Shown one piece after another: positions 17,404-26,954 of a DNA stretch of 43,112 nucleotides. The notes beneath the pieces are model-generated. The model was not told the DNA's origin and did not search any database. It saw nothing but the letters and a program-made list of their open reading frames with translations. The DNA comes from an uncultured Planctomycetaceae bacterium (GTDB lineage Bacteria; Planctomycetota; Phycisphaerae; SM23-33). The stretch spans positions 1 to 43,112 of the forward strand of contig CAZSBS010000003.1 of the NCBI GenBank assembly GCA_964605095.1, read 5' to 3'. The first letter of the stretch is position 1. Each line of letters opens with the position of its first letter. Both the position numbers and the translations under genes were made by a program.

Positions 17404-19704
17404 CTAATGTTCGACTGTTGTCAGCAGCGGCGCTTCGGCGGCGTCGTCAATGGCCAAGGCCTGTTCGAGCTTCATCGCGGTCATGAGCGATATGAGCCAT
17501 GAAAGCGTGGACTCGGCGCCCTGGTTGAGGTTGGGGCCGTCGGCGTGCAATCCGTCGCGGCAGCCGCCGGTCTGGTAGTCATAGATCATCGAGCGGGTCT
17601 CGTTGCTGCCCATGAACCAGTCCAGGAACCGCCTGGCGCAGCGAGCCCAGTTGCGGTCCTTAGTGGCCCGGTAGGCGTCGGCGCAGGCCTCGATGGTGGA
17701 CATCGCCTCGACGGGCTGCTGGTCGAACTTGGCCCGAGCGCCGCTTCGGCTCAGCCAGCCGCGGTTGCCGATCAGGCTGATCGACCCTTCGGCGGATGTC
17801 TGAAGCCGTACCAGCCAAGCCAGGCTCTCAAGGCCCTGATCGAGCATTCGCCGGTTCGACATCGACTGGCCGCAAAGGATCATCGCGTTTGGCAGCTTGG
17901 CGTTGTCATACGTCACGGTATCCTCGCACCATGGCCAGTCGGCTTTGGCACGCTCGGCAAAAAGGTGGTGGAGCCGCCCGCCGAGCACCCCCCGGACGCG
18001 CCGCACGTTGGTGTCGCCGGGAAACCGCTCCAGATAAGCATGCAGGCCAACCAGCGCGAACGCCCATGCCCGCGGCGACGAGAAGCCCTCCAGCGTTTCC
18101 AGGCTCGAACTCAGCAGCCGCGTCGCGAAAGACATTGTCGCCTCGTTGGGCGCCATCGACGTTGCCAGGCCTATGGCCCATATGGTCCGGCCATGGACGT
18201 CCTCGCTGCCGGAATCCTCCTGCCACTTGCGGTCATAGCTCATGAAGTTGCGGAACCGCCTGGTCTGTGGATTGAACGCGTGATACAGGAACGAAAGGTA
18301 CGTGTCCACCAGTGGCAGGACCTTGTCGTCGCGGCGAAGGTCGTAGCACATCAGGGCCGCGACAAGGGCCCGGGCATTGTCGTCGGCGCAGTAGCCGTGA
18401 TGGCGATCCGGCACGGCGTAGTTGGCGTGCTGGAAAACGCCCGTGTCGTCCGTAAGCCGTCGCAGGTGGGCGAAGTTCAGTTCCGGCAGGGCCTTGACGA
18501 TCAGCTCCGGGCGAAACGCCCGCTGAGGCCTCGGCCTGATCTGACGGTCGGCCACCATCTCCCTCGCCATCGCCAGATAGCTCTTGGCGACCTCTTTCCA
18601 AATCATGGACCGCCCGTGGTCGTAAGCCAGCTTGCGCATGGCCGTGCGCTCCGAGGGGTTCTCGATGAGCCTCAATATGGCCTTGGCCATCGCCTCGGGG
18701 TCCCTGAAGGGCACCAGCACGCCGCGTCCGTCGGCCAGGATCTCCTGGGCATGCCAGTACGGCGTCGAGACCACCACCTTGCCCGCGCCAACGGCGTACG
18801 CCAGCGTGCCGGACGTGATCTGGTCGATGTTGTGATACGGCGTGACGTATATGTCCGCCGCCCCGATGTAGCCGCACAACTCCTCGATACTGACGTACCG
18901 ATTGCAGAAGACCACATGCTCGCCCAGGTCCAGTTCTTCGACCAGCCTCTTGAGCGAGTCGCGGTACGCATCGCCCTCGTGCCGAAGAAGGTGGGGATGA
19001 GTGGCCCCGAGAATCACGTACGTCGTCTCGGGGTGAGCCTCGATTATCCGCGGCAGAGAGCGGAGAACCACCTCGACACCCTTGCCCGGCGAGAGCAGGC
19101 CGAACGTAAGCAGCACCAGCCGATCGCTCAGGCCGTAACGGTCCTTGTACTGGGCCGAGTCGGCAAAAGGCACGTCCGGGATGCCGTGCGGAATGCAGAC
19201 TATCTTCTCCGCCGGAACCTGGTAGACTCCGGTGAGAATCTCATTGGCCCTGGCGCTCATGACGACCAGCCGGTCGCTTGCCCGAGCCAGTTCCCGCATG
19301 ACGGCCCTCTGGCCGACAGACGGCTCGCGGGGCACCGTGTGAAGAGTCGTCGCCACCGGCATCCGCAGCCGGCTTAACAGGTCCAGCAGGTAGTTGCCGT
19401 CCTGCCCCCCGTATATGCCGAACTCGTGCTGAATGACCGTCAGGTCGATCTGGTTTACGTTGAGCATCTCCGCCGCGTTGCGATACTCCTCCTGCTGGTG
19501 GTCCGGAATCTGAAACCGCACCTCCTGAGAATACTCGTAGCCCTCCGGCACGTCGTCCATGGCGACGGCAAAGACCTGGCGGTCGCCCAACTCGGCTGCA
19601 AGCGCGTCGCGAAGGTCCTTGGCAAACGTCGCAATGCCGCACCGCCGAGGCACATAGCTGCTGACCAGCGCGGCCGTCTGAATCTGGCCCGGTTGTCCCT
19701 TCAT
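17404..19704 (-). CDS. GT4 (group 1) glycosyltransferase fused to a ~380-aa C-terminal all-helical (six-hairpin glycosidase-like) domain
   Basis: 766 aa. The N-terminal half (ALVSSYVPRRCGIATFAKDL, LLSPGKGVE, VTPYHNIDQITSGTLAYAVGAGKVVVSTPYWHAQE) is a typical GT4. The fold assignment for the C-terminal half (HGYCADDNARALVAALM, WAFALVGLHAY) is tentative. Confidence 0.8.
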   Translation of the reverse strand: MKGQPGQIQTAALVSSYVPRRCGIATFAKDLRDALAAELGDRQVFAVAMDDVPEGYEYSQEVRFQIPDHQQEEYRNAAEMLNVNQIDLTVIQHEFGIYGGQDGNYLLDLLSRLRMPVATTLHTVPREPSVGQRAVMRELARASDRLVVMSARANEILTGVYQVPAEKIVCIPHGIPDVPFADSAQYKDRYGLSDRLVLLTFGLLSPGKGVEVVLRSLPRIIEAHPETTYVILGATHPHLLRHEGDAYRDSLKRLVEELDLGEHVVFCNRYVSIEELCGYIGAADIYVTPYHNIDQITSGTLAYAVGAGKVVVSTPYWHAQEILADGRGVLVPFRDPEAMAKAILRLIENPSERTAMRKLAYDHGRSMIWKEVAKSYLAMAREMVADRQIRPRPQRAFRPELIVKALPELNFAHLRRLTDDTGVFQHANYAVPDRHHGYCADDNARALVAALMCYDLRRDDKVLPLVDTYLSFLYHAFNPQTRRFRNFMSYDRKWQEDSGSEDVHGRTIWAIGLATSMAPNEATMSFATRLLSSSLETLEGFSSPRAWAFALVGLHAYLERFPGDTNVRRVRGVLGGRLHHLFAERAKADWPWCEDTVTYDNAKLPNAMILCGQSMSNRRMLDQGLESLAWLVRLQTSAEGSISLIGNRGWLSRSGARAKFDQQPVEAMSTIEACADAYRATKDRNWARCARRFLDWFMGSNETRSMIYDYQTGGCRDGLHADGPNLNQGAESTLSWLISLMTAMKLEQALAIDDAAEAPLLTTVEH

Positions 19705-20307
19705 TCATTATCCCTGCCGGGCCGGCACGAGGTCGCAACCAGCCAATTAAACAGCAAATAAGCTCTCGCTCATTGTACTTGGGTAAGCAAAAAACTTGCG
19801 AGCAGCGGTCCCCCGGACGGGCAGACCGGAGGGATTGTATCACAACGCGCGGCACATTGCGAGGCGATACCCGGACACTCACCGGCCAATGAAGGCTCCA
19901 GGCCAGGAAAGATAACAACGTGACGCGGGGACTCAAGGATTCACGAATCCACGAAGAAGGGCTCGGGCCACCACCGAAGAAATGGCGCGGATGTGCTTCT
20001 GCCCTTTACACCGGGCGCCAAGTAACCAAACAACCGCTGCCCGACGGCCGCGAAAAACGTTGTGCCCGTGGCCGTGACCGCCGCGGAGTTCGTGGATCGC
20101 CTTCGCACCTGGGCGTCGGGGCGCTGCCTGTGCGGCTTCCAACCGAGGGTTTATCACCGGGGTGGCCAAGGCCCGGCGGTTCGTGGGCGGAAGGTTCCTC
20201 GGGCGTCGGCGAATTGACGAGGCGGCAGCCACCGTGTCCACCGCTCGCTCCAGCCAGGGCTTTCGTATGCTGCGGTGCTCAAGTGCTCAAAGCCCGATGC
20301 ATTGAAG

Positions 20308-21480
20308 CTACTTGACCGTAAACGTCGCCGTCGCGGGCTTGGTGATGAACGGCCCTGCGTCGCATTCGACCGTGGCAGTGAACGTTCCGCTCAGACCGTC
20401 GAGGGGCTGCCAGTTGGCGGACCAATTGCCGTTGCCCCAGTCCCAGCTCATTCCCATTTTGTAGACAGGCCTGTGCTGCGCGTCGCTGATGATAAGGGTT
20501 CTTTGGTAGTTCGCCCCGCTGTGGTCGCCGGGAAGCCAAATATCCGCAGGCATGCCGATCTCGTTGTGCTCGGAATAGTGAAACTCCGCCGTCCTCTCGC
20601 GAACTCGCGCCGTCAGCTTCCCCAGCAGGGGAGAGCTGAACGGCAGGCGGAAGACCTTGTCGGCCGAGATATCGAAATCCGCCCCTCCGGCGCCCGAGAC
20701 CATCTTGTAGCGGGGGACGTTGGGGTCCGCCGAGGAATACTCCGTGTATTTCGTGATGGTATATCGGCCGGGCGGGATCGGCACGGGGTCCATGCCGCCG
20801 GATAGGTCGAAGCTGGCGCCCTGGCCCTCCAGATGCGCCGACCATGCGGGGCGGCTGATCCTCACGCAGCAGGACGGGCCCCTGTAGGGCTTGGCCGAGA
20901 CCGTCTTGCCATCGGGAGAGACGCTCACGACATACAGCTTGCCGTCGACCGCCACGGGCAGGCCGTAAGAGCTGGAAGCCTGCATGCCGTTATCGAGGTA
21001 CACGACCACCCGGTCGTGTCCGATGTCCGAGGCATTGGATGCGGCGTCGCCCAGCCGCAGGTTGTTGTTCTCGTCGCGAATCCGGACTCTCCTCAGCTTC
21101 TTGCCGAACTGGCAGGCGCCCTCGGCAGTCACGCCCATGATGAAGCTCAGAGCGGGCGTCTGCCCCTCCCAATAGCTCGCCACAATATATCCCGGCACGT
21201 TGCCGTCCCCGGCGCCAACGTTCACCGACCTGGCCTCGAAGGTTGTCTGCATCAGCATGGGCAGGACGGAAGTGTCCACCGCCGGCTGTGCGGCGCCCCG
21301 GCTCTTGCTGGGGCCGTAAATGAACTCCTTGATTTGGTCGGGACTCACCCGGAAGTGAGGGGAATAGAACACCCGGCTGCGAGGGACGCAGACGGCGTGA
21401 TGAAAGTCGCCCTTGCCGGTCAGGTCGACTCGCAGCACGTCGAAATTCGACGATGACGGGGCCAGCGAGTCCAGCGCCAT
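20308..21480 (-). CDS. beta-rich hypothetical protein; either a separate gene or the frame-shifted C-terminal part of the giant upstream gene
   Basis: 390-aa ORF with protein-like composition and no signal peptide (MALDSLAPSSSNFDVLRVDLTGKGDFHH). It ends in TFTATVECDAGPF, which resembles the ALVVTVCEGGKP end of the upstream gene. It overlaps the formal upstream ORF by 491 nt in another frame. Confidence 0.6.
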   Translation of the reverse strand: MALDSLAPSSSNFDVLRVDLTGKGDFHHAVCVPRSRVFYSPHFRVSPDQIKEFIYGPSKSRGAAQPAVDTSVLPMLMQTTFEARSVNVGAGDGNVPGYIVASYWEGQTPALSFIMGVTAEGACQFGKKLRRVRIRDENNNLRLGDAASNASDIGHDRVVVYLDNGMQASSSYGLPVAVDGKLYVVSVSPDGKTVSAKPYRGPSCCVRISRPAWSAHLEGQGASFDLSGGMDPVPIPPGRYTITKYTEYSSADPNVPRYKMVSGAGGADFDISADKVFRLPFSSPLLGKLTARVRERTAEFHYSEHNEIGMPADIWLPGDHSGANYQRTLIISDAQHRPVYKMGMSWDWGNGNWSANWQPLDGLSGTFTATVECDAGPFITKPATATFTVK

Positions 21481-21481
21481 G

Positions 21482-24400
21482 TTTATTTGGCTTGCCGCCT
21501 TCGCACACGGTGACCACCAGCGCGCCGGGGTTGACGGTTCCGCAACCGGGCGCGGCCTTGGCGAAATACCTACTGCCCTTCAGGACGCAGGTATTCTCGG
21601 ACCCGAGGTTCGGCCTATCGACGTATCGGAGTTCGCCAGGCGGCGTAGCCGTCAGTTGGCCCGTAACGTGCTGTTGAAGGTCCTCCTCTTCTGTTCCCGA
21701 GTACCATACGTTGACGGCTTTTATCAAACCGTACTTGTCGTACGTGACGTACCGCCTGAACGGCCAGAGCTTCGTCGCGGTCGTGTCGGGCTTCGGCATG
21801 GTCCGTCCGACATCCGCCAGTATCTTCGGCATGGCGGCGCTTCGGATCACGCAGCGGCCGCAGGCCAGCACGTAACCCCACTTGGTGTTGAACGCTATGG
21901 ACGCCGCCCTGTCGAACAGGGCGGTTATGCCCGCCGAAGACTCCCATGCACCGCCGTCTTCACGAGTGAACTTGACCCGGTCGCCTTCATAGCTTCCATA
22001 GTTGGCCCCGGCCGAGGCCAGAACCACCGCCCCGAGCCCGTCGTTGGTCACGGACAGGTAGTGTGGAATTTCCTCGTATCGGTATTCCGCCACCGCCTGG
22101 CCCGCCGACCACGCGTGTCCGTCCCACGCATACCGCTCCAGCCGGGCGAAGGCCTTCATCGCCCGACCCTGGATGGCCGTGTTCAGCTTGCACCAGTTTG
22201 TGGGCGCTTCGGGGAGGTTCACCGTGACGTAGGCCTCCAGCCCGCCGGAGGCCGTCGGCAGGATCCTCGCGATCCGCCCGAACGGCAGCTTCGGACTGTT
22301 GTCGGCGGCGACCGGGTCCCATTTGTACCCGTCGCTGCTCGACAGCAACTCCAGCCGGCCAGGGTCGCCAGGGACGTAGTTCGCCCAGAGCCCTTTGCCG
22401 TCCGGGTGGAAGTGCATCTCTACGCGTCCGGCCGCGCCGTCGCGAATGGTCATCGCACAGATGAACCGCCCGTTGGGCAACTGCACGAGGTCGTAATCCT
22501 CGCATGACTTGTCGCGGACCAGGGACGGGGCGCTCCAGTGGACGAAGTCGCGCGACCAGCACGCATAGACCAGGCAGCGGTGCTGTGCGTCGCGGTTGGA
22601 GCAGAAGGTGAGCAGGAACCGGCCCGTCTCGTCCCGCAGAAGGCGCGGCTCGTCCTCGCACCACGCGCTGGAGACCGGCAGGGGCAGCCTGGCGGGCGTG
22701 CTGAAGGCCTTGCCGTCCGTGCTGACCGACGACCACAGGTCGCCAGCCTCCGACCAGACCAGGCGGATGGCCTGGCCGTCGAGCTGGATCGTGGGGCCTC
22801 TGTCCTGCTTGGTCGGGAAGGGGCAGGGGACCTCACCGTCCCGGCCAAGCAAGCCTGCGACTACCGATGAGTTGGAGCCGGCGTCTTTCCACGGCAGCCG
22901 CCCCATCAAGCGGGTCGTCTTGCCAGGCTGGACGGCCAACCTGGTGGTCCACTGGCCAAGCGGGCTGTGTTCGCTTGCGCCTTGCAGCGTGACCGTATGC
23001 TCCCCGGCCGAGAGCGGGCCGACAAGGCCCGGGCCGAACCGCCCGAGCGCCCCATCCACCGTCACGCGGAAGCATTCCGCATCCTGGCATTGCACATACA
23101 GGGAACCAGGCTGGGTTACCTTCTCCAGGACGGCCTCAACGATCACTCCGCCAAGGCTGACGCCGACAGACTCCGGCTGGGCCGGGATGACGGCCAGATC
23201 GGCTTCCAGCATGCCAGTGTGCGGCGCGGGATCGAAGAGCAGCCCGTCCTGGCAGGCCTTGTCCAAGGCCAGCGACTTGGAATCGATTTCCTTCCTGCCC
23301 CCAAACGTATGAAGCGTAATCTTCATGACCCCGTCATTGCCCTGCGAGATCGACTTGAATCGCAGAGACTTGAACACGTATCCCGATTCGGCCAGGAGTT
23401 TCATCGACTCGTTATACCTGCTGGGACAGTAAACCGCCTGCTTGTCCCTGCTCCTGGTGAGATACCCGTACATCTGAATGGGCTGCGACAGCCGAGACTC
23501 GTCTTGCGTTCTGCCCGGGCCAAAGTGCAGACTCGTTCTTTTCATACTCTCAAAGTTGCTATTGAAGAGCGTGCTGTCAGGCATGAGCTGGCCCGTCATC
23601 GCGTAGTCGCGGACGAGGCTGAGAATCTCGATGTTGTTTTCGTTCGGCCCGGCGTTGTCCATCAGCGGGGCGCTCATTGTTATGGCCCGGCGGTATTGGC
23701 CCGTGCCGGCAAGGATGCCGAGCATCTTTTTGTGCGCCCACTCGGCCCCTGTCATTGGCTTTGTGACGTTGTTGCATCCGCATGCCACGTCGGCACTGGC
23801 GAACCGCTTGGCGAACGTTGTGTAGAGCGCCAGGAGCTGCTCCGGCGAGGCTCCGCCTGCCTCAAACGTATTGGCGTATTCAGCCAGGGCGTCGCCCATC
23901 CGCGGGTGCAGGCAGCTTAGATACACGAACCGCTCCAGCTCGCGGCGGGCGTGGTCGTAGCGGTTCATGAAGTAATACATCTTGCCGACCCAGTACACCG
24001 CCTCCACGTAGTTCTTGTCCTCACGCGAGGCGTCGCGGAACTTCACCCAGCCTTCGGCGTACCGGCCCTGGTCATAGAGGTGCATGCCTTCGTAGAGGGC
24101 CCGCACGGCTGGGATGCTTCGCGTCCACATGGGCAGCGTCTTCAGAATCTCCCCGGCCGACTTCTTGGTGAACCACGCCATCGCGTCGGCGGAGAGTTGC
24201 TTCTGGAGGTCGATCGCCTGGCCGGTCGTGCCGGTGACGGTCTTTCGGAAGACTTCATTGCGCGAGCGGACCTCGACGATCTGGGCCGTGATCTCAAGCT
24301 GGTCATCCTTCACGCTGCATACGCCGGTGACGAGATACTCGATGCCTAGCTGCGAGCGGACGGAGCCCATGACCTTTTCGTTGCCCGTAGCGAACTCGGG

Positions 24401-24778
24401 CGCCCACTTCATCTGCTGGGCGATAAGCTGCATGCGGTCGCGGGCGATGACGGACAGCGAGCGGTCCTGGACCAGGTCGGTGGCCATCTGGTCGGACATG
24501 AACTTCTCCAGCCAGACCCAGTCATCCTGGCCGGTCTTCAACTGGAAGTTGAACACGGCCAGGTTCGTCGCGGCCGCGGCCTGGCTGGCGGCGGGCAGGA
24601 GAATGGCAAGGAAGGCCAGGGCCATTGGGATGATCACCCTCACCCGGCCCTGACGGGCCGACCTCTCCCTCAAGGGAGAGGGGATCACCCTCACCCGGCC
24701 CTGACGGGCCGACCTCTCCCTCAAGGGAGAGGGGTTCATGCGGACGCAAGTAAGCAGTTGGCGGCTTTGCGTTTTCAT
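21482..24778 (-). CDS. giant secreted protein: CsgG/LpoB-like module, TPR repeats and a large beta-rich region with Asp-box-like motifs; its 3' end is disrupted
   Basis: The credible coding frame runs from the ATG at 24778 (GGAG 7 nt upstream; an alternative ATG is at 24625) to the PNK codons ending at 21482. The formal ORF continues to 20990 as Arg/Gly/Pro-rich junk. Recognisable motifs are NLAVFNFQLKTG...VIARDRMQLIAQQ (CsgG-like), YDQGRYAEGWVKFRDA (TPR), and SVSTDGKAFS, SSSDGYKWD and REDGGAWES (Asp-box-like). Confidence 0.65.
24632..24733. repeat. 51-nt palindrome-containing element in two perfect tandem copies (REP-like)
   Basis: GATCACCCTCACCCGGCCCTGACGGGCCGACCTCTCCCTCAAGGGAGAGGG occurs at 24632-24682 and again at 24683-24733. 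Each copy holds two hairpins: CGGCCC-TGAC-GGGCCG and CCTCTCCCT-CA-AGGGAGAGG. Confidence 0.97.
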
Positions 24779-24790
24779 CGGCAATCTCCG

Positions 24791-25756
24791 TTACTGAGGC
24801 TGACCGCTGGTGCTCGCCGCGGGCTGGGTGGCGGCCGGCTGAGTCTTGGGCATCAGGTCCGCGGGGGTGAGGCGTTCGACGGTGGAGTTCTTTTCCTTCT
24901 CGCGGGCGTCGGCGAGCAGTTTCTTGGCAAACTCGGCGTGAATCGAGTTGGGCTCGCGTTTGAGGAAGTCCGCCAGGTCGATGGCGGCGTGTTCCGGTTC
25001 GTTAAGCCGGCTGTAGCACAGGCCGGACCAAAAGAGCGTTTCGGAGAAGTCGGGGTTCAGGTCGAGCGTCCGCATGAACCCCATGATGGCGGCGTTGAGA
25101 TTGCCGCTGTAGTAGCTGCTCAGCGCCTGGCCGAAATGCAGGCTGGCGATGGGCATCTTGTCGATCTTCGCCGGGTCGATCGCCGGCAGCGGCATCGACA
25201 TCTGCTTTGCCAGGTTGCGCGACAGTTGCAGGGCGTCCTCGACGAGATACTCCGGCCTGGTCGCGAGCTGGGCCGCGCCGGCGACCCGCTCGGTGGCGAT
25301 ATCCATCGCCTTGGCTGTCACGGTGAGCTTGCCCTGGACGAGGTACAGGCTGCCGGTGACCACGGTGTCGGCGTGGAACAGCTTGCCCGCGGCGACGGCG
25401 TACTTCTCGCCGGTCAGCCCGCGGAGCGAGCGTGCCTGCTCGGCCGTGAGGGCGTCAAGCCGCTGGCGCTCGACGACGCGGATGCCGTCCTGCTGGGCCA
25501 GCATGACGGCGATGAGGTCGCCAATCCCGGCCCCGGCGGGGTCGTACTGGTCCTGGCCCGTCGCGTTATCGAAGGCCACGGCGAAGATGACTTTCTGTAC
25601 GCTCTTAGCGGGCCGGGTGGTGGGCGACGGCTTGGCGGCCGCGGCCGACTTGGATGAAGGTGCGGGTGTGGGTGCAGCCCCCGATTGCCCCACGGCCCAG
25701 ACCGCGAGGACGAAGGCCGCCGATGCAAGCAGAGCGATGATTACCGACGTCTTCAT
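24791..25756 (-). CDS. secreted CsgG/LpoB-like module fused to TPR repeats (321 aa)
   Basis: The ATG at 25756 (AAGGA 7 nt upstream) gives the signal peptide MKTSVIIALLASAAFVLAVWA. The module reads VIFAVAFDNATGQDQ...IGDLIAVMLAQQDGIRVVERQRLDALTAEQ...AAGKLFHADTVVTGS. The C-terminal part is TPR-like (LNAAIMGFMRTLDLNPDFSETLFWSGLCY). The track start at 25840 (GTG) reads through a heptamer repeat. Confidence 0.78.
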   Translation of the reverse strand: MKTSVIIALLASAAFVLAVWAVGQSGAAPTPAPSSKSAAAAKPSPTTRPAKSVQKVIFAVAFDNATGQDQYDPAGAGIGDLIAVMLAQQDGIRVVERQRLDALTAEQARSLRGLTGEKYAVAAGKLFHADTVVTGSLYLVQGKLTVTAKAMDIATERVAGAAQLATRPEYLVEDALQLSRNLAKQMSMPLPAIDPAKIDKMPIASLHFGQALSSYYSGNLNAAIMGFMRTLDLNPDFSETLFWSGLCYSRLNEPEHAAIDLADFLKREPNSIHAEFAKKLLADAREKEKNSTVERLTPADLMPKTQPAATQPAASTSGQPQ

Positions 25757-25774
25757 GATGATGTCCTTTATGGT

Positions 25775-25806
25775 GGTAGCCGGTAGCCAGTAGCCGGTAG
25801 CCGGTA
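25775..25806. repeat. tandem heptamer (GGTAGCC) x ~4.6
   Basis: GGTAGCC GGTAGCC AGTAGCC GGTAGCC GGTA lies in the 90-nt spacer. It is followed by CTGTAGTCTGAAGCCTGTA (25809-25827). Confidence 0.93.
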
Positions 25807-25846
25807 TTCTGTAGTCTGAAGCCTGTACCCAATCCTGCACAATTCG

Positions 25847-26953
25847 TCACTTGTTTACTGGCTGTGAAGCCGCAGCCGGGGCCTTGTCCGCGGGCGTTTT
25901 CTGCTCGGCTAGTTTTCGGCAGACCTCGAGGCCCAGTCGTCGCCCGGCCAGTTGGAGGGCTGTTTTGCCGGCGGTGTTCTCGGCAAGGTCAACCGCCCGT
26001 GTGGTGTGCCTGTCGGCCAGGACTATGGCGCCGGTCTTTCGGCTGATGACGTTGATTTCCGCGCGGGCCGTGCAGGTTACCAGGTCGCCCGTGCGGATGG
26101 CGAACTCGCTGAACGCCTCGCCGACTATGACGTAGTCGGCATCGGCCAGCGCCACCGGCCAGGGCCTTTTGTCGCTTTTGCCCTTCATCATGTCCCTGGC
26201 CCAGTCGGCCAGGTCGTTTAGTCCGGAGTCGACGACGTTGAACTTGCACTTAATGAGCGTGCGTTTGATCTCGGTTTCAACGGCGGGGTCCACCACGGCC
26301 CGTGGCACGGCGCGCTCGATATGGTGCTCCGGCACGATCACCGCAACGGTCGGCCTGGGCGTCTTGCCCAGGGCCTTGAGGATAGGCGCGATCTGGTCGG
26401 CAAGCTCGATGCCCTTGGGCAGCAGGCCGGCGGCGTGCTTGTCTATCAGGCCCGCCACATCCTCGGACAACAGCGTCAGCGTGTCAGAAAGCGGCTTGCT
26501 CAGTTCGACCGTGCGGATGGTGCCCTTGACCAGCCCGGTCTCCACGCCGACGACCTTGGTGACGATCATGAGCTTCTTGTCCATCACGAACGCCTTGCCC
26601 ATGACCATTAGTTTGGCGCCAAGCAGTTTGCCCACCTTGGCGGCCTGGCCCTGGTCGACCAGCCCCACAAGTTTGAGCTTCTGCTCCTGGAGTATCTTGC
26701 TTATGCCGGAGCGTTCGACGAGTTGGAAGGAGTCCTCCACGCTCAGCCTGGCCGTCAGGACGTCGGCCATCTGCGTGCCCATGTCAGTGTTGCCGGGCGC
26801 GGATGCCTCGTAATCCAGCACAGCCACCGTAACGCCCTGAACGGGCTGGGTGGCGGGGTCAGGGCCGCCGGATGCCTCGGCCGCCCGGGCAGGCAGGCAC
26901 GTGCCGGCTGCCAGGATTGCGGCGATGAAAGTCATAATGGTTTTCATGTTCAT
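25847..26953 (-). CDS. secreted two-domain protein with an N-terminal CsgG/LpoB-like module (368 aa)
   Basis: The signal peptide is MNMKTIMTFIAAILAAGTCLPARA. The module reads VTVAVLDYEASAPGNTDMGTQMADVLTARLSVEDSFQLVERSGISKILQEQKLKLVGLVDQGQAAKVGKLLGAKLMVMGK. A second alpha/beta half starts at TVAVIVPEHHIER. A GAAGGAG RBS is present. Confidence 0.78.
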   Translation of the reverse strand: MNMKTIMTFIAAILAAGTCLPARAAEASGGPDPATQPVQGVTVAVLDYEASAPGNTDMGTQMADVLTARLSVEDSFQLVERSGISKILQEQKLKLVGLVDQGQAAKVGKLLGAKLMVMGKAFVMDKKLMIVTKVVGVETGLVKGTIRTVELSKPLSDTLTLLSEDVAGLIDKHAAGLLPKGIELADQIAPILKALGKTPRPTVAVIVPEHHIERAVPRAVVDPAVETEIKRTLIKCKFNVVDSGLNDLADWARDMMKGKSDKRPWPVALADADYVIVGEAFSEFAIRTGDLVTCTARAEINVISRKTGAIVLADRHTTRAVDLAENTAGKTALQLAGRRLGLEVCRKLAEQKTPADKAPAAASQPVNK

Positions 26954-26954
26954 G

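Noticed and set aside
17545-19377. 610-aa plus-strand ORF opposite the GT4 fusion gene
   Set aside because: It is an antisense shadow ORF with Arg/Gly/Pro/Val-rich composition, and the minus-strand GT4 motifs are clear.
19705-20307. ORFs 19920..20315 (+) and 19933..20241 (-) in the 600-nt spacer
   Set aside because: They are mutually antisense, Arg/Pro/Gly-rich, and lack an RBS or any motif. The region is treated as non-coding. It contains small word repeats (GGATTCACGAATCCACGAA at about 19937-19958, GTGCTCAA x2 at 20275-20290) that are too short to interpret.
24632-24733. CRISPR array
   Set aside because: There are only two directly abutting identical 51-nt copies, with no spacers, and no cas genes in the window.
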